This document shows, piece after piece, positions 14,365 to 28,821 of a stretch of DNA of 64,000 nt (the stretch's first letter is position 1; each line of letters begins with the position of its first letter). The DNA lies in contig RHPI01000732.1 in NCBI GenBank assembly GCA_009103225.1, positions 264,463-328,462 of the forward strand, given 5' to 3'. The stretch is from Chlorokybus atmophyticus. Taxonomy: Eukaryota > Plantae > Mesostigma and Chlorokybus algae. The notes beneath the pieces are model-generated. The model worked only from the letters and a program-made list of their open reading frames with translations, did no database searches and had not been told where the DNA came from. Made by a program: the position numbers and the translations under genes.

Positions 14365-17300
14365 TCAATGCTGTTTCTCCTTGACTACCACTTGTCTATT
14401 TACGTATCCCTCTATACATCTGATATGCGGGTGTGCTGTATGTGCACTACTATGTGCAATCATGCAAGGCCCTCCTGCATGAACCAGGTGCCACCTACTC
14501 GCATTTCTGGATTTCTGGACCACAATGTGGGAGTTAGTCAACCATGTCATCAGGACATTCAACATGATAGCTTTGCTAGTAAACGTAAGCAGCTGGCAAC
14601 GCTTTCAATGCCACCACAATCCATGCACCCGTACACGCACAGCAATGCATAAGGACTGTAACGATGCAAACCTCACAATATACACACAAAACACATGTGT
14701 ATACAAATGGTACATATGGCACACATGCAAACATACCGGAAGGCGGGTCTGTGGCTGGTGACTCCGGTCTTCCATAGGTTGAAAGCATCTCCAAAGTCCA
14801 TTGACTGGATGTCTGGTCCGTCGAGGGCGATGCGTAGCCTATCATCAAGTGCGCGTATGGACAGCTGCGAGCGCAGTGAGTCCCTGATGCTCTGCTGCTT
14901 GATGTGTCCGAGCTCGCAGAGGGAGGTGCTTATCGGCTGCACCATCGCGATGTGGCCGAGCGTGATGAAGTTGGGGTACATGTCCGAGTACTCGTCCGAC
15001 GCGGTCAAAATGCGCCACGTGTCCGCCATGCCGCGACCCGAGAACTGAGTGGCCATCTGCTCCTTGAACTGAGGCCACTCGCGCCGGCAACCATCCGCGT
15101 CCACAAGCGCGGGGTGCACAGCCCCCGAAGTGAACCGGTCTTGCCCAAAAGCTGCAGCCAACAGATAGTATCAACGTGCACGCACAATAGGCCAGTCATA
15201 CGGTTGCATGAACCAGACAGGACTCGGTGCAAACTGAGGTCTTACAACAGTGTATCATGCATGCAGGTACACAGTATGCCACTATTGTGTGCCTTCACAC
15301 AAAACAAATCTTATATACATGGCACAACAATACAACACAACGCCATTTGACACGCGTCAATGAGATGCGGCACTGACCTGTTAGGAGTGCTTCAAGTTCA
15401 TCTCTACCGAACCCGTGCAGGTCTTCTAGCGACGGGTACATCTTGGGCACCAGTACTCGCATGGCCGAGAACAGCTCTCGCTGAGGGAAGCGCTCATGCA
15501 GGTTGTCCACGACAGCCGCGGCAAACTCGCGTACAAATGAGAGACAGACAGCATGGTCATCCTCGCCAGCATACCTGTAATGTGAACATGTTGATAAGTA
15601 CCCAAGGGTAAGCAACTACAACAGCATGAATCGGTCACAAAGCACACTCACCACAACAAACTTTGTTAATCAATGGCATACTGTGGTACAACAAAGTAGA
15701 ACCACTCACCTGACCGAGTGATCGTGAAACATGCCTCCCGAGCTTTCAATCATGTCCAAGAACTCTCGCAAGTAGCCCCCTTCTGGCCCCAAGGTGGGTG
15801 TTTCAATGAGGTACTCCTCGCGTATGCAACCCATCACGCTTGTGATGGTGTGCTCCACCGTAGCCAAGCTCGCGCTCTCACTCTGGAACGTGCGGCTCAA
15901 GCGCGACAACCTGCCGAGGATGTCCGACAAGTAATGTATGGCAAAAAGGAAAGTGTACGACTGAAGACGCTCGTGCAGCGCCGGATCGTCTGGCTCAAGC
16001 AAAGGTAGCACCTGCAAGTACAGACATGTAAGCATGAGGGCACCGGCAAGGCATGGCCACACATGATAGTAATCAAGGTGACTTTCACTTATGTTACCTG
16101 TGTGTGTGTGTGGTCATCAATAGGTGCATGATACCTCATGTAGACATTTCCGCAGGCTGTTGATGCAGTTGTGTCGGGCCAGCCACTGTACGCTACTGGA
16201 TTTCTGCAAATTGAGGACCGAGCCGCCCACTTCTTCTTGCAAGAAGTTGAGCATCTCATATCGCTTCGGGGCGCATACCAGCCACGCGAACAGCGCGCTT
16301 ATTTCCGCATCAATCGACTTAGCGAAATTCGTATTTGCGGCATTGGATGCGCCGACAGCCACTCTGGTTCCGGCACAATGCGTGACTATGAGGAACGGAT
16401 TCAGCCGCTGAAGCAAGCTCGAGGCACCGTACTCCGGTTGAGACACAATGGGAGCGCCATCAGAGCTCAAACCTACAAGCTTCAAAAGGTCCAAGCCAAT
16501 CCGTTGCAGAAGCCCGATGATAGCAGCTTGCAGGCCTTCTGCGCTGAATTCATCAACCTGTACAGAAGAAATGATAAACACGCCATGTTGTTGGTATACG
16601 CCAGAGTGCAACAGGTGTCTCCTATCACAGAATGCCAACATACACATCATGTGCAACAACACGTTGTACGTAACACTGTCGCATACACTAGACGCTAACC
16701 TGCAACAAGCAGAGGTACTTGCACTGGGCTTGCCCATCGCCAGTGACGTACGTGCAGTACACGACAAAGTAATCTGCTGTGGATGCATCCTGCGTCTCAT
16801 CCACGATGATGCCGTAGAAGGGACTGGCGCGCAGCTCCCGACACGTACGGTCCCACAAACTGTCGCTGATGCAGTGTATTAGCCTGCTGCATGATGACGC
16901 GTCTGAGGTGATATCCGCAGGGACGTCTCGGATGCCCATCGTGCGCATGAGCGGCATGACGGCGGCGTAATTATCGGTGGGCAGGTCCGCTTTCGCAATG
17001 AAGTATGCTATGCGGAACGAGTTGAAGGTCGAGTGCTTGGACATCTCTGCAGCGGCCTTCTTCGTGGTGGGTTCGGCGAACATCGGCTCGGGGATCCCAA
17101 ACTCGAGCCCACTTCCTCCCCGTGCACGATTGGTTGCAGCGTGCCTGGCGGTCTCGGCTGCGACGGCTTCCTGCCTCACCGCAGCCATCGCCAAGTCCAC
17201 ATCACGTTGGCGCTGTGCCGATGCCTCTGAGGACAACACCTCCTGGTGGACTTTGGAGGTCTGGTGCTCCACGAGTGCGCTGTGGCGCATGTTGCCCCCG

Positions 17301-17725
17301 CCGTCCTTGGCGTACTTGGTGTTCTTGTTGTACTTCAAGCAGAGCGCGCAGAAGATCTTCCCGTTGCGAAGACGCACCCACGGGAACGTCTTTGCCCATG
17401 CTGTGAGAAATGCTCTCTTAGCCGACGGGCTCGCGCCTTCGGGTAAGTCCCCTCCCGCAGAGGTGGCTTCGCGCCCGCGCTTCCTCCCTACCCGCTGCAG
17501 CGGTCGCTCAGACAGGGGTCTGTCCTCGTCATCCTCCTCGTCCTCCATCTCCTGCGCCTCCTCCAGCTGCGTGTGTGGCATCAGTTGCGGCTGCGCCATC
17601 ATCGTCTGCGCGTACGCCATTGGAGGCAGCTGCGGGTCTGGCCGGTGCAGGTCGGCCCGCTGCAGCAGAGTCCCCAGCGCGGGTGCAAACGCAGGGTGGT
17701 GCGGTAGTGTGTGCTGCATGTTCAT
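14365..17725 (-). CDS. hAT-transposase-derived (ZNF862-like) protein: TTF-type Zn finger, DUF4371-like/RNase H core and hATC-like C-terminus; at least 5 introns
   Basis: Exons 17725-16700, 16557-16135, 16011-15710, 15574-15378, 15151-~14738 join in frame at GT-AG sites. Motifs: WAKTFPWV..IFCALCLKY..LVEHQTSKVH; FYGIIVDETQD; LSSDGA; VTHCAGTR; VQWLAR; PISTSLCELGH..LRSQL..LDDRLRIALDGP. The last exon (stop near 14365-14395) is uncertain. Confidence 0.85.
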
Positions 17726-19066
17726 CTTGTCTGCAGCTGTAGCTGCTGATATACATGGACAAAGTACCGGTGGTCAGCTAAGCTTCAATGACCTCAACGC
17801 TGCTTATAATGACAGCTGTGCAAACGGAAGGGTATGCAAGCTTGTACTGAGCTTGCCTCAGAAGATAAACGTTTTTAAACGACAACACTCAACGTATTCG
17901 CCGCCTTCGACGCATGCTTGTGGCTGAAACCATCTGCACGACAATGAGCTGTCATGGCCTGGAATGGTAAAAAGGACACTGCTTGCAAATGTAGGCTTGT
18001 AAACGGCAACACCATAACCGACATGTGGTGCTGCAGCAGCAAAGGGCACCTCCAACAACTTGAGGCCAGCATGCGGCCAGCGAAATGCCCATAGTCAAAG
18101 CGAACGAAACAGAAACCAACTGCAATGCAGCACATACGAAGAGAGTGGAGCTTGAGGCAGGTGTGACATGCGCAGGACAGTAGGCAATATCTGCTCTATT
18201 ATGCGGACTTTTTATGAACGCAGCAGAAAGAACGTGCGTGCACCTAAAGCAACACCAAGTCTGATATGAAACTGTCGTTGTCGTTGCTTCTCAACATGCG
18301 CAACGACAGCTTGCCACACATGGCTACTTCCAGCATGTCTCTCACTCCAGAGTCAACATGACTGTAAAGTGACAGAACCTTGCTCTTTAATGGTCTCCAC
18401 CAGGATACTCACGAGCAAACCGACAAACAACTGCACGTTCACCGCAGCGGCCAAGCAGGCCAGAGCACAGCAGCAAGTAAGCTTACCTCTGCTTTGTGTT
18501 CAGCGCAGCGTTTCACCGCCTTCAAACCAAATTTGCCCTGCTTGGTGCGCGGTATCGTGTATACGCTCAACGACGATGGCGCACAGGCGACCACGGCGGC
18601 GGCGGTGGAGGCGGAGGTGCTGGGCGCCGACGCCAACGGCAGGTCCCGGAATTGATCTCACACAACATCAGCGGAATGCAAACAGAAAACAAAAAACAAA
18701 TTTTACCCTAAGCAGCTGACCGGTCTTGTCCGCCGGTCTGTTGAGCCACTGGATCAGCCTGCGTTCCGAATCTAACGGCGAAGATGATTTGCAAGAAGTC
18801 CCAGTCCAGTCCCTAATTGGAGTCCCGATTGCAGAGCGGACATGACGTGTGCGATGGCGGGAGCAGCTGGCAGCCGGTCGGCCGGCGGCGGGTGCCGGCC
18901 GGCGCGAGTGACCGTTCTGCGACCAGTCCGGCAACCGGCCCTACTCTCGTGAGGGCATGCCCATAGCCAATCTGATGAGTGAAGCCTTGCCAGTTGCGCA
19001 GTAAGGCGCCACATTCATGAATCATGACCACCTCGTAGCAATGGAGAAATTCTCTTGGTCAATACC

Positions 19067-19202
19067 ATAATGATACGAACCAATACAAAACAACATTTTA
19101 CATACCTTACTGTATTATTGATTAATACTTACGCAATGACCATAAAATTCGTAATACGACAAGGTATGTACAATGTTGGTTTGTATTGATTTGTATGATT
19201 AT
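19067..19202. repeat. AT-rich imperfect foldback (~42-bp arms)
   Basis: 19081-19108 caatacaaaacaacattttacatacctt versus the reverse complement of 19161-19188 (caatacaaaccaacattgtacatacctt): 26/28 identical; pairing extends outward to about 19067/19202. Confidence 0.8.
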
Positions 19203-21895
19203 CATATAATGGCCATCATATGATCGTAATATTGAATGTCAATGAGCAACCCATTCGACTTTTGGATGCTGATGTTTAACTGCAACGTAAATCGTGTCCA
19301 ATGCTGCATACATCCGTTTGCAACTACCACAATTATTGAACATTTTAATATATACGATTTTACCATTACTTTCGTAACATGTAATTGTATCATGAATGCC
19401 ATGCTTAAAAGGCTTGCGAAAGACATTCCCTGTTCTACTGAAGTTGGTAAGAATGACGAAGTGGAGATTTCGGTTCGGGTTGTCAAGTGGTGTAGTGCTC
19501 GACAGCTGTGTTCATGCGGTTGGGTTCATGTCTCTCCACGAGTCACGAGCACAGTACTGCACAAGGCATTGATGCGAGGCTGGCATAGAGCTGATCAATG
19601 CCGATGTGAGCTTTTGTTATAGCAAGTACTGCGAGTTGCCACAAGAAGTGGTAGTTACAACCTTGTGAGCCATGTTGGCAAACCGCATGATGTGTACTGT
19701 GGTAGTGCGATTTGCCATTCGTGTGGCAGTCGTAAGGCAAATGGTTCCTGTAGGCAATCTGCAAGTACGTCTATACTAAGAGAGCTTGAGTTTGTGATTT
19801 CGAGGTGGGATTATTCCTAAGAAAATCCGAGGTGTATGATACTCCCAAGGTGGAGTTTGTTGATTCCGATGTGGGGACAAGGTCAGCGCAATTTGACAAG
19901 GCCTAGATGGCCTCGAACATCCTATGTGCCAGGTCGGGAGAGCAGCATGTGGTATACATGCTAAGTAGCATCCTTGAGTAGGCATTGGATCAGTATTAAT
20001 AAAGACATCAATGTGTGTTTGCCTTACAAGAGGGCCACTTGTGCGTGGGGTGCCTGGTTATTAGCTGTTGAAGGGGCTCTCCCCCTCATCCCTTGTGGGG
20101 TGTGGTGTTGTGGTGTTGTGGGTGTGTTTGGCGTGTGCGCTTTGGGCTGAAGCTGTGTAGAGCGGTTGGTGGTCATCCTCTCCTTCCTTGGTGCGCTGCT
20201 GCGACTTCCCCTGCAACGTGGTGCTCGTGATACTAAGGCTGTATGTCCTGAAGGCTTGTGCATAAGTTTGCCAAGCCCCGACCAGCAGCAAGTAAGTAGT
20301 GGTATCGTTATAATTGAATGTTAACGAGCAAACCATTTCACTCTTGTTACTGTTGTTCGATTGCATAGTAAATCGTACACAATGTTGCATATATTCATTT
20401 GTACTATCGAATATATTAATTTGTACGGTTTTGCCATTCTTTCATAACATATACTCTATATAGAGTGCTAAACGTGTCTTTACAATGATGTCGACAGTGA
20501 TATACAGCAGCATTATTGACAAGCACTACTTGTTTGTCAAGCATTTGAATTTCGTTCACCTCATAAACGCATCAACGAAAAACGGTGATAATACGGTGGT
20601 GGGTTGCAATGACATGTTATAACGTTGTATTGCGATACAAACGCAACAAGCAATCCATTTGCCTACCTGCAAGTGCCAGCCTAACCACCGCTTTTGCTTA
20701 TCTTCGCCTTTCTGCAAGTACTTGGGTAGGGTCTACCTCAACTGCCACTGCCTTCTTGCAGGCATATGAGTCTAGCCCCCATAGTTCACGCTAGCTTTGT
20801 GGTAGTCTTGTTTGTGGCGTGCTGATGTGGACTTAGTTGCTGGTTGTTTAGTGGTTGCGTTCTTGTATTGTAGCCACTTTGTTCTACCATAAACAATGTA
20901 AAAAGCAAATGTTGATAGCCTTGACAACGGACTGCAGCATTTTACCGCTGCTGGCGGCGCGCGATAGACGTAACATCGTGGCGATGGCGGGGCGTAAGGG
21001 CGTAGAGCACAGCATAGCACCACTTTCATCTTGCTTGTCCTGGCGACGCTCAATCCCAAGCCTAACTCGCTACCTTATATCCCCTGGTTGGTTGCTGCCT
21101 ACTGCCATTGCAGTGCACATATCAGCACTTGGTGGCCCCGGATGTAATTTTAACTACCAGCACTCATGGTAACGAGTAGGTGGCTCCCCTCTGCTTGTTG
21201 TGCTTGCTCTGCTTGCCCTGCTACAAATCTCTGCCTGCGAGCATGTTTGTGCATGACATGCCACGATCTGTACCCTGCACTAAGACAGCATGGTGTGCAT
21301 CCAATACTATAACATTAATTTATGCTGAATGATGTAGCAGTAGCAGCAGTGTCTCTATTGTGCATGGACCTAAGTTGGGGACAGAGCGTTGGCGGTCATT
21401 GTCACTCACTGTCAACTTTAGGCCAACACCACAACGACAGCCAGTTGTGCAGATGTGACAGTCATCAAGCGATTGCCAAAACATGATTGAAACGTCATCA
21501 GCCACAACCACAATTATTGGCTGGTGCTGCTCTACAGAGCTGTTTTTGCACAAGTGTGTTCCCATGCATATGTTCAATCAGCGACGATAACATCACCACA
21601 GGCACAGATGCCAAAAACAAGCATGTACAGCGCATGTGGCAATGTGGCAATTTGAATTCCACCTGCACCGTGCCAAACCACGACTGCAAGTTCAGAAACA
21701 CACAACCACCCGATGCCGCGAATGGAGTGCTACAGGCATCTGTCTGCTTGAACAATGTACAAAGATGGAGCTGCCTGGGCAGTGTAGGCCGCACAGGACA
21801 ATCGCGCAGGCCAGACCAGCTGTGGATGTGCCATACTTCGTGGGGCCCTGGTTGTCCCCTAGCAACTGCAAGTACCTACCATCAACACTAGTTGA

Positions 21896-24936
<3,041 letters not shown>

Positions 24937-26680
24937 GGCTGCCGAGCACCGGCCCCTCCCAGCCGCCCTTGACACCGCCCTCCCCACCGCCGCCGCCGCC
25001 GCCGACAGCCCTATCCCCAACAACCCTAGCCCCAAGCAGTACCACAGCTGGCTTTTTTGGCGACTCACCTCACAATCATAGTGCACACGTTTATCACGAC
25101 TACATGACTCTCTGTAAACTTGCCCATGTGCAATTGCCCTGCAAACTCCTAAGTCAACAGACTTCATGTTCTGGGTGCCTGGGTCGGGCGTCAAGTGTCA
25201 ATTGGGCGCCCTAATGCACGCGAAATTTATTCTGTCCGTGGTTCTGGCTGAACGTTCCGGGAGTCGCGCAATGCGTCTCGGGTTGGCCTGCACACAGGCG
25301 GGCATCCGGCCCCCAACTGCGCCGGCGAACTTGATCTCATTCTCGACGACGGTGTGCTGATCCACTGCTGTGGAAGACAGGCAGGCAGACTCTCAATTTC
25401 TGATTGAGAGTCTCTGAATAAAAGCCAATCAATAAGAAAGTCTCTACCCGAGTAAGAACATTGGAGCTTGAGTGAAACCTTCCAAGCTTACTTGAGGCTG
25501 ATGAATCATTGATGATGATCGATCGTCAATTTCTTTATGCTGCTTCACACGTATGGCCTAACAACTCATTTTTTATATTTTTGTCACAATTGTGGACAAT
25601 AATTGAATGCCGAATTGCGCTCTCGTGAAATCTGATTGGCTTGGCTTATGCAATATTCACGCATTAGTTTATGCTTACACCAATCAACACTAATCAAAGT
25701 ATGTAATTAAGCCTTATAAATCATAGCCTTACATGAATAGTTTAAAAGTCTCTCAATCAAATTGAAACCCTCAAAATTGTATGCTGCTCGTCACTTATGC
25801 CAATGTTTATATCATAGAATACAAAGTTAAATATCTTATAAACTATTATTGTATATAATTAACATGTGCAATATCTGCATGGATATTTACACATGTGCAA
25901 GATTAGCACTATTGTGATAATATGATTGCACAATTTGTATTTTAAAATAGTTTACACTTTAAAGATGCGGAGAAAACACATCTGTTTGTCATCTCATTAC
26001 AATAAAGTACACAAAATGCTTATAGTGTACAATTAATAATTGTCAAAGTAATTACCATTACATGTGTCTTGTATGCATAAAGATATCAATTATACTATAA
26101 CCAAAACTTGCATGGTTGTACACAACATTTAACGATTATTTCATGATCGACGAACATGAAATTTATGCACAGTTGCAAAAGCTTTGAACTTGTATTCAAA
26201 GATTACAAACTTGGTGCATAAACAACGATATACATGTATCCTATTTACTTGAAATTAAAGAAGCTACGCAAATCTTATTGGCGATGTTCAGCCTTTCTTG
26301 TGCGCGAACAACAGCCTTTTCCGTACCTGTCGCGATGCGTCGCAACAGACGGAGGAATGGCCGTTCCGGTAGAACCATGCGGCACACACGAAAGGTTGAA
26401 ATTGGCAATAATGCACATATGCTCCCTTCCGATCTTATATGAATAGCCATGCTCTCACAGCAGCACTGCATGCATGCAGTATCAGCAATATACCATGTTC
26501 TCGGTCACAAGCTTCACATCGCCGCCATTGCTGCTAGCTGCATCCGCATATCGGTTTGCATAGTGCAGCGTGCAGCTGCGCATGTGAAAACGTGAAAAGC
26601 AACATCACTTGCAACCATGCATGCAGCAAGACGCGAGCACACTACAAACCCTCAGCGCATCTACACCATAAAACGCTCAA

Positions 26681-28728
26681 TTATCTGCCAATGTCTTCAA
26701 GTACCGTCAAAGTCTCGTCCAACACCTGGCACAGCATCAAGCGCACAATCAATGGACCACCACATCGTGCACAAGAACAGTTTTACACAATATCAGTTGC
26801 TGATGCTTAGCAACAGCAACTGGTGTATGCACATACCTGTTGGATTCGTTGCAGCACAGCAATGGCCTGATAACCTTGGCGCTTGCTGCCTTCACGAACT
26901 TCATAAAGAACATCTAGGAACTGGCCGGGTCTGATGGGGGCGTTGGCGAAGGGATCCTCATGGTGCTGGGTAACACTTACTGGCTCGCCGCGAAAAGCTT
27001 GAGTCAACCGGGCTCGAAGCTCAGCCCTGCTCTTCACTGACATGAGGTCTCGCAAGTAGTTCACCTCTCGGTCTGGCAAGTTCTTCACCTGCATAACAAC
27101 GTATATGAATGAGTTACATGCATGCACCTACAATGCATGCAGCACTCAACAACCATGCATTGCGATAACATTACCACTCCTTTGCTGGCATCAATGTTTC
27201 CTTGCGGTTTGGAAGCGTGCAGATGCTCCCGAACTTCTTCCCTCAACAAGCAAAGGCGGGCGAGCAGGGAAGGGTCAGGGATAGGCTGGCTTTCCTCCAT
27301 ATCCTGCATCTTACGCAGTTAGCATCCACACGCTTGCATACTTCTCCATGACACCACACACACTGCTGCAGTAGCAACAGTTTGCTGCCTGATGCGTGCC
27401 TTGTACCGATATGAGTTGCTCTGTGGCGCGGAGCACTTGCTTTCCATCACATGGTGGTACAGAGAGAGAATCCCCTGTGGCTGATTCTGAAGTAGCTGCT
27501 TGCGCAGCATGCTCTTCGCCAATTGCTGCTGTCAATAGCCTCTGGCGCGCCTCTTTACTCGTTGTCCGCACTAACTTGTCCACAACATGCATCTGTCCTG
27601 ACAACACAGTGAGATCAACAACTGCCGCACTGAGGTGCACTGAAACCTTTGCAGGTACATTGTACTTGCATGTTTTTGCTGACAGTGTAAAATCACCTCA
27701 GGTGGCATCTTGGCAGCCACAGCTGCCAGCACCTCTTCCTTGATCATGTCCAGCATGTCCGCCATCTGTTGTGGTGTAATGCACTGAGCAACAGCTTGCA
27801 TGTGAGTAATGTTTGAGAGCTGACCTCAAGGTCGCCGCGTGCACTGGCGGCGGCGGTGTACGCTGAGAGGGCTGCAAGGAAAGCGGCATCAAGCGATGGG
27901 AGACGCTTGGCCACGGCACCGGACAGTGCTGCACGCACACCCAACTCCGAGAGGTCTCCAAGCTCTCCTTGGCTCATGCGCACCAGCTGCACAGCATGAA
28001 TCTCATTGAGTGTGCATGTATACCCACTCAACCTGCCAATGAGCTACCCCACAACCTGAAAGGTTGTGACATAGGTTCTAAATGCTATGCCCATGCAAGA
28101 GTCGCAATGATGCCTGCATGGGCATTGCAGCATTGCAGTGTCCGCAAACATGCACGAGTGACGTTCTAACTCAACCGGACATGCTTGACCTTACAATATC
28201 AATTATCTTGTACAGTGCACATGTAACGTTACGGTTCACGAAGTTCAGTAAGGCATGCTTGCCTTGCAACACGACGTGCTTGACACCGCTGAGCGCACAA
28301 ACGTGAAAGGCCAAGCGAACACACCACACACGGCAATACCAGTGCATGCAGGTGGATTGTCAGTGGCAAGGCAAGATAGCATGCATACTTGGTAATGCCA
28401 CGCGCATGCTTACATCGTAACGAATTTCGGCGAGAATGCTGTCAATCTCCCTGGCGGCCTTCTCCAGAACCATCTGATCGCTGTCGTTGCTGTTGAAACC
28501 TTCTCCTCCTCCACCCCTAACCCCACTTGTGTACTGCACCGCCACCCCACGGAGCCGCCTGCTACTGGTGCGCCTGCTGCTGCTGCTGCTATGGCTGCTG
28601 CTCCGCCTCACAGGCGCCCTGGACCTAGCTGTCGTAGCATCCCGCCGCACAGCCTGTGCCGATGACAACCGCGACACCCACGCCGACCGCGTCGTCGAGC
28701 CCACCACCGCCGCCGCCGCCGCCGCCAT
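26681..28728 (-). CDS. PRDA1: PRDA1-like (PEP-related development arrested 1, At5g48470-type) plastid protein
   Basis: ATG 28728, Ala/Ser/Arg transit peptide; exon pieces MLDMIKEEVLAAVAAKMPPE, IPDPSLLARLCLLREEVRE, NLPDREVNYLRDLMSVK, IRPGQFLDVLYEV, last exon VLDETLTVLEDIGR TAA at 26681. These mirror recalled PRDA1 motifs (LLARLVLIREE, LPESEVNFL, VRPGMFLE). Confidence 0.68.
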
Positions 28729-28814
28729 GGCTAAGCACAAGTACAAGTACAAGCATGGGCACAAGTGTTGGCTGAGCCCAGCTGCTTAGCATGCGGCGGC
28801 GGCGGCGGCGGCGG
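28707..28814. promoter_or_regulatory. Palindromic bidirectional promoter/5' region between PRDA1-like and PPTase genes
   Basis: Only 93 bp between divergent ATGs. Arms (CCG)n-CATGGCTAAGCA (28707-28737) and TGCTTAGCATG-(CGG)n (28783-28814) are near reverse complements. Spacer has four ACAAG and a site II motif AGCCCA (reverse of TGGGCT). Promoter function is inferred. Confidence 0.55.
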
Positions 28815-28821
28815 AGGTGGG

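Noticed and set aside
18970-19000. CTGATGA hammerhead-like cores here and near 25498 and 63319
   Set aside because: None is followed by stem II plus the required GAAA.
20024-21580. Short ORFs between the hAT-derived gene and the ATP2 3' end
   Set aside because: No motifs, codon bias or splice chain; likely UTR or decayed repeats.
25387-25413. 11-bp-stem hairpin agactctcaat-ttctg-attgagagtct upstream of ATP2
   Set aside because: Short enough to be chance; not an intrinsic terminator in a eukaryotic context.
25500-26250. AT-rich block between ATP2 and PRDA1-like as a MITE or Helitron
   Set aside because: No TIRs, TSD or hairpin-CTRR end found.
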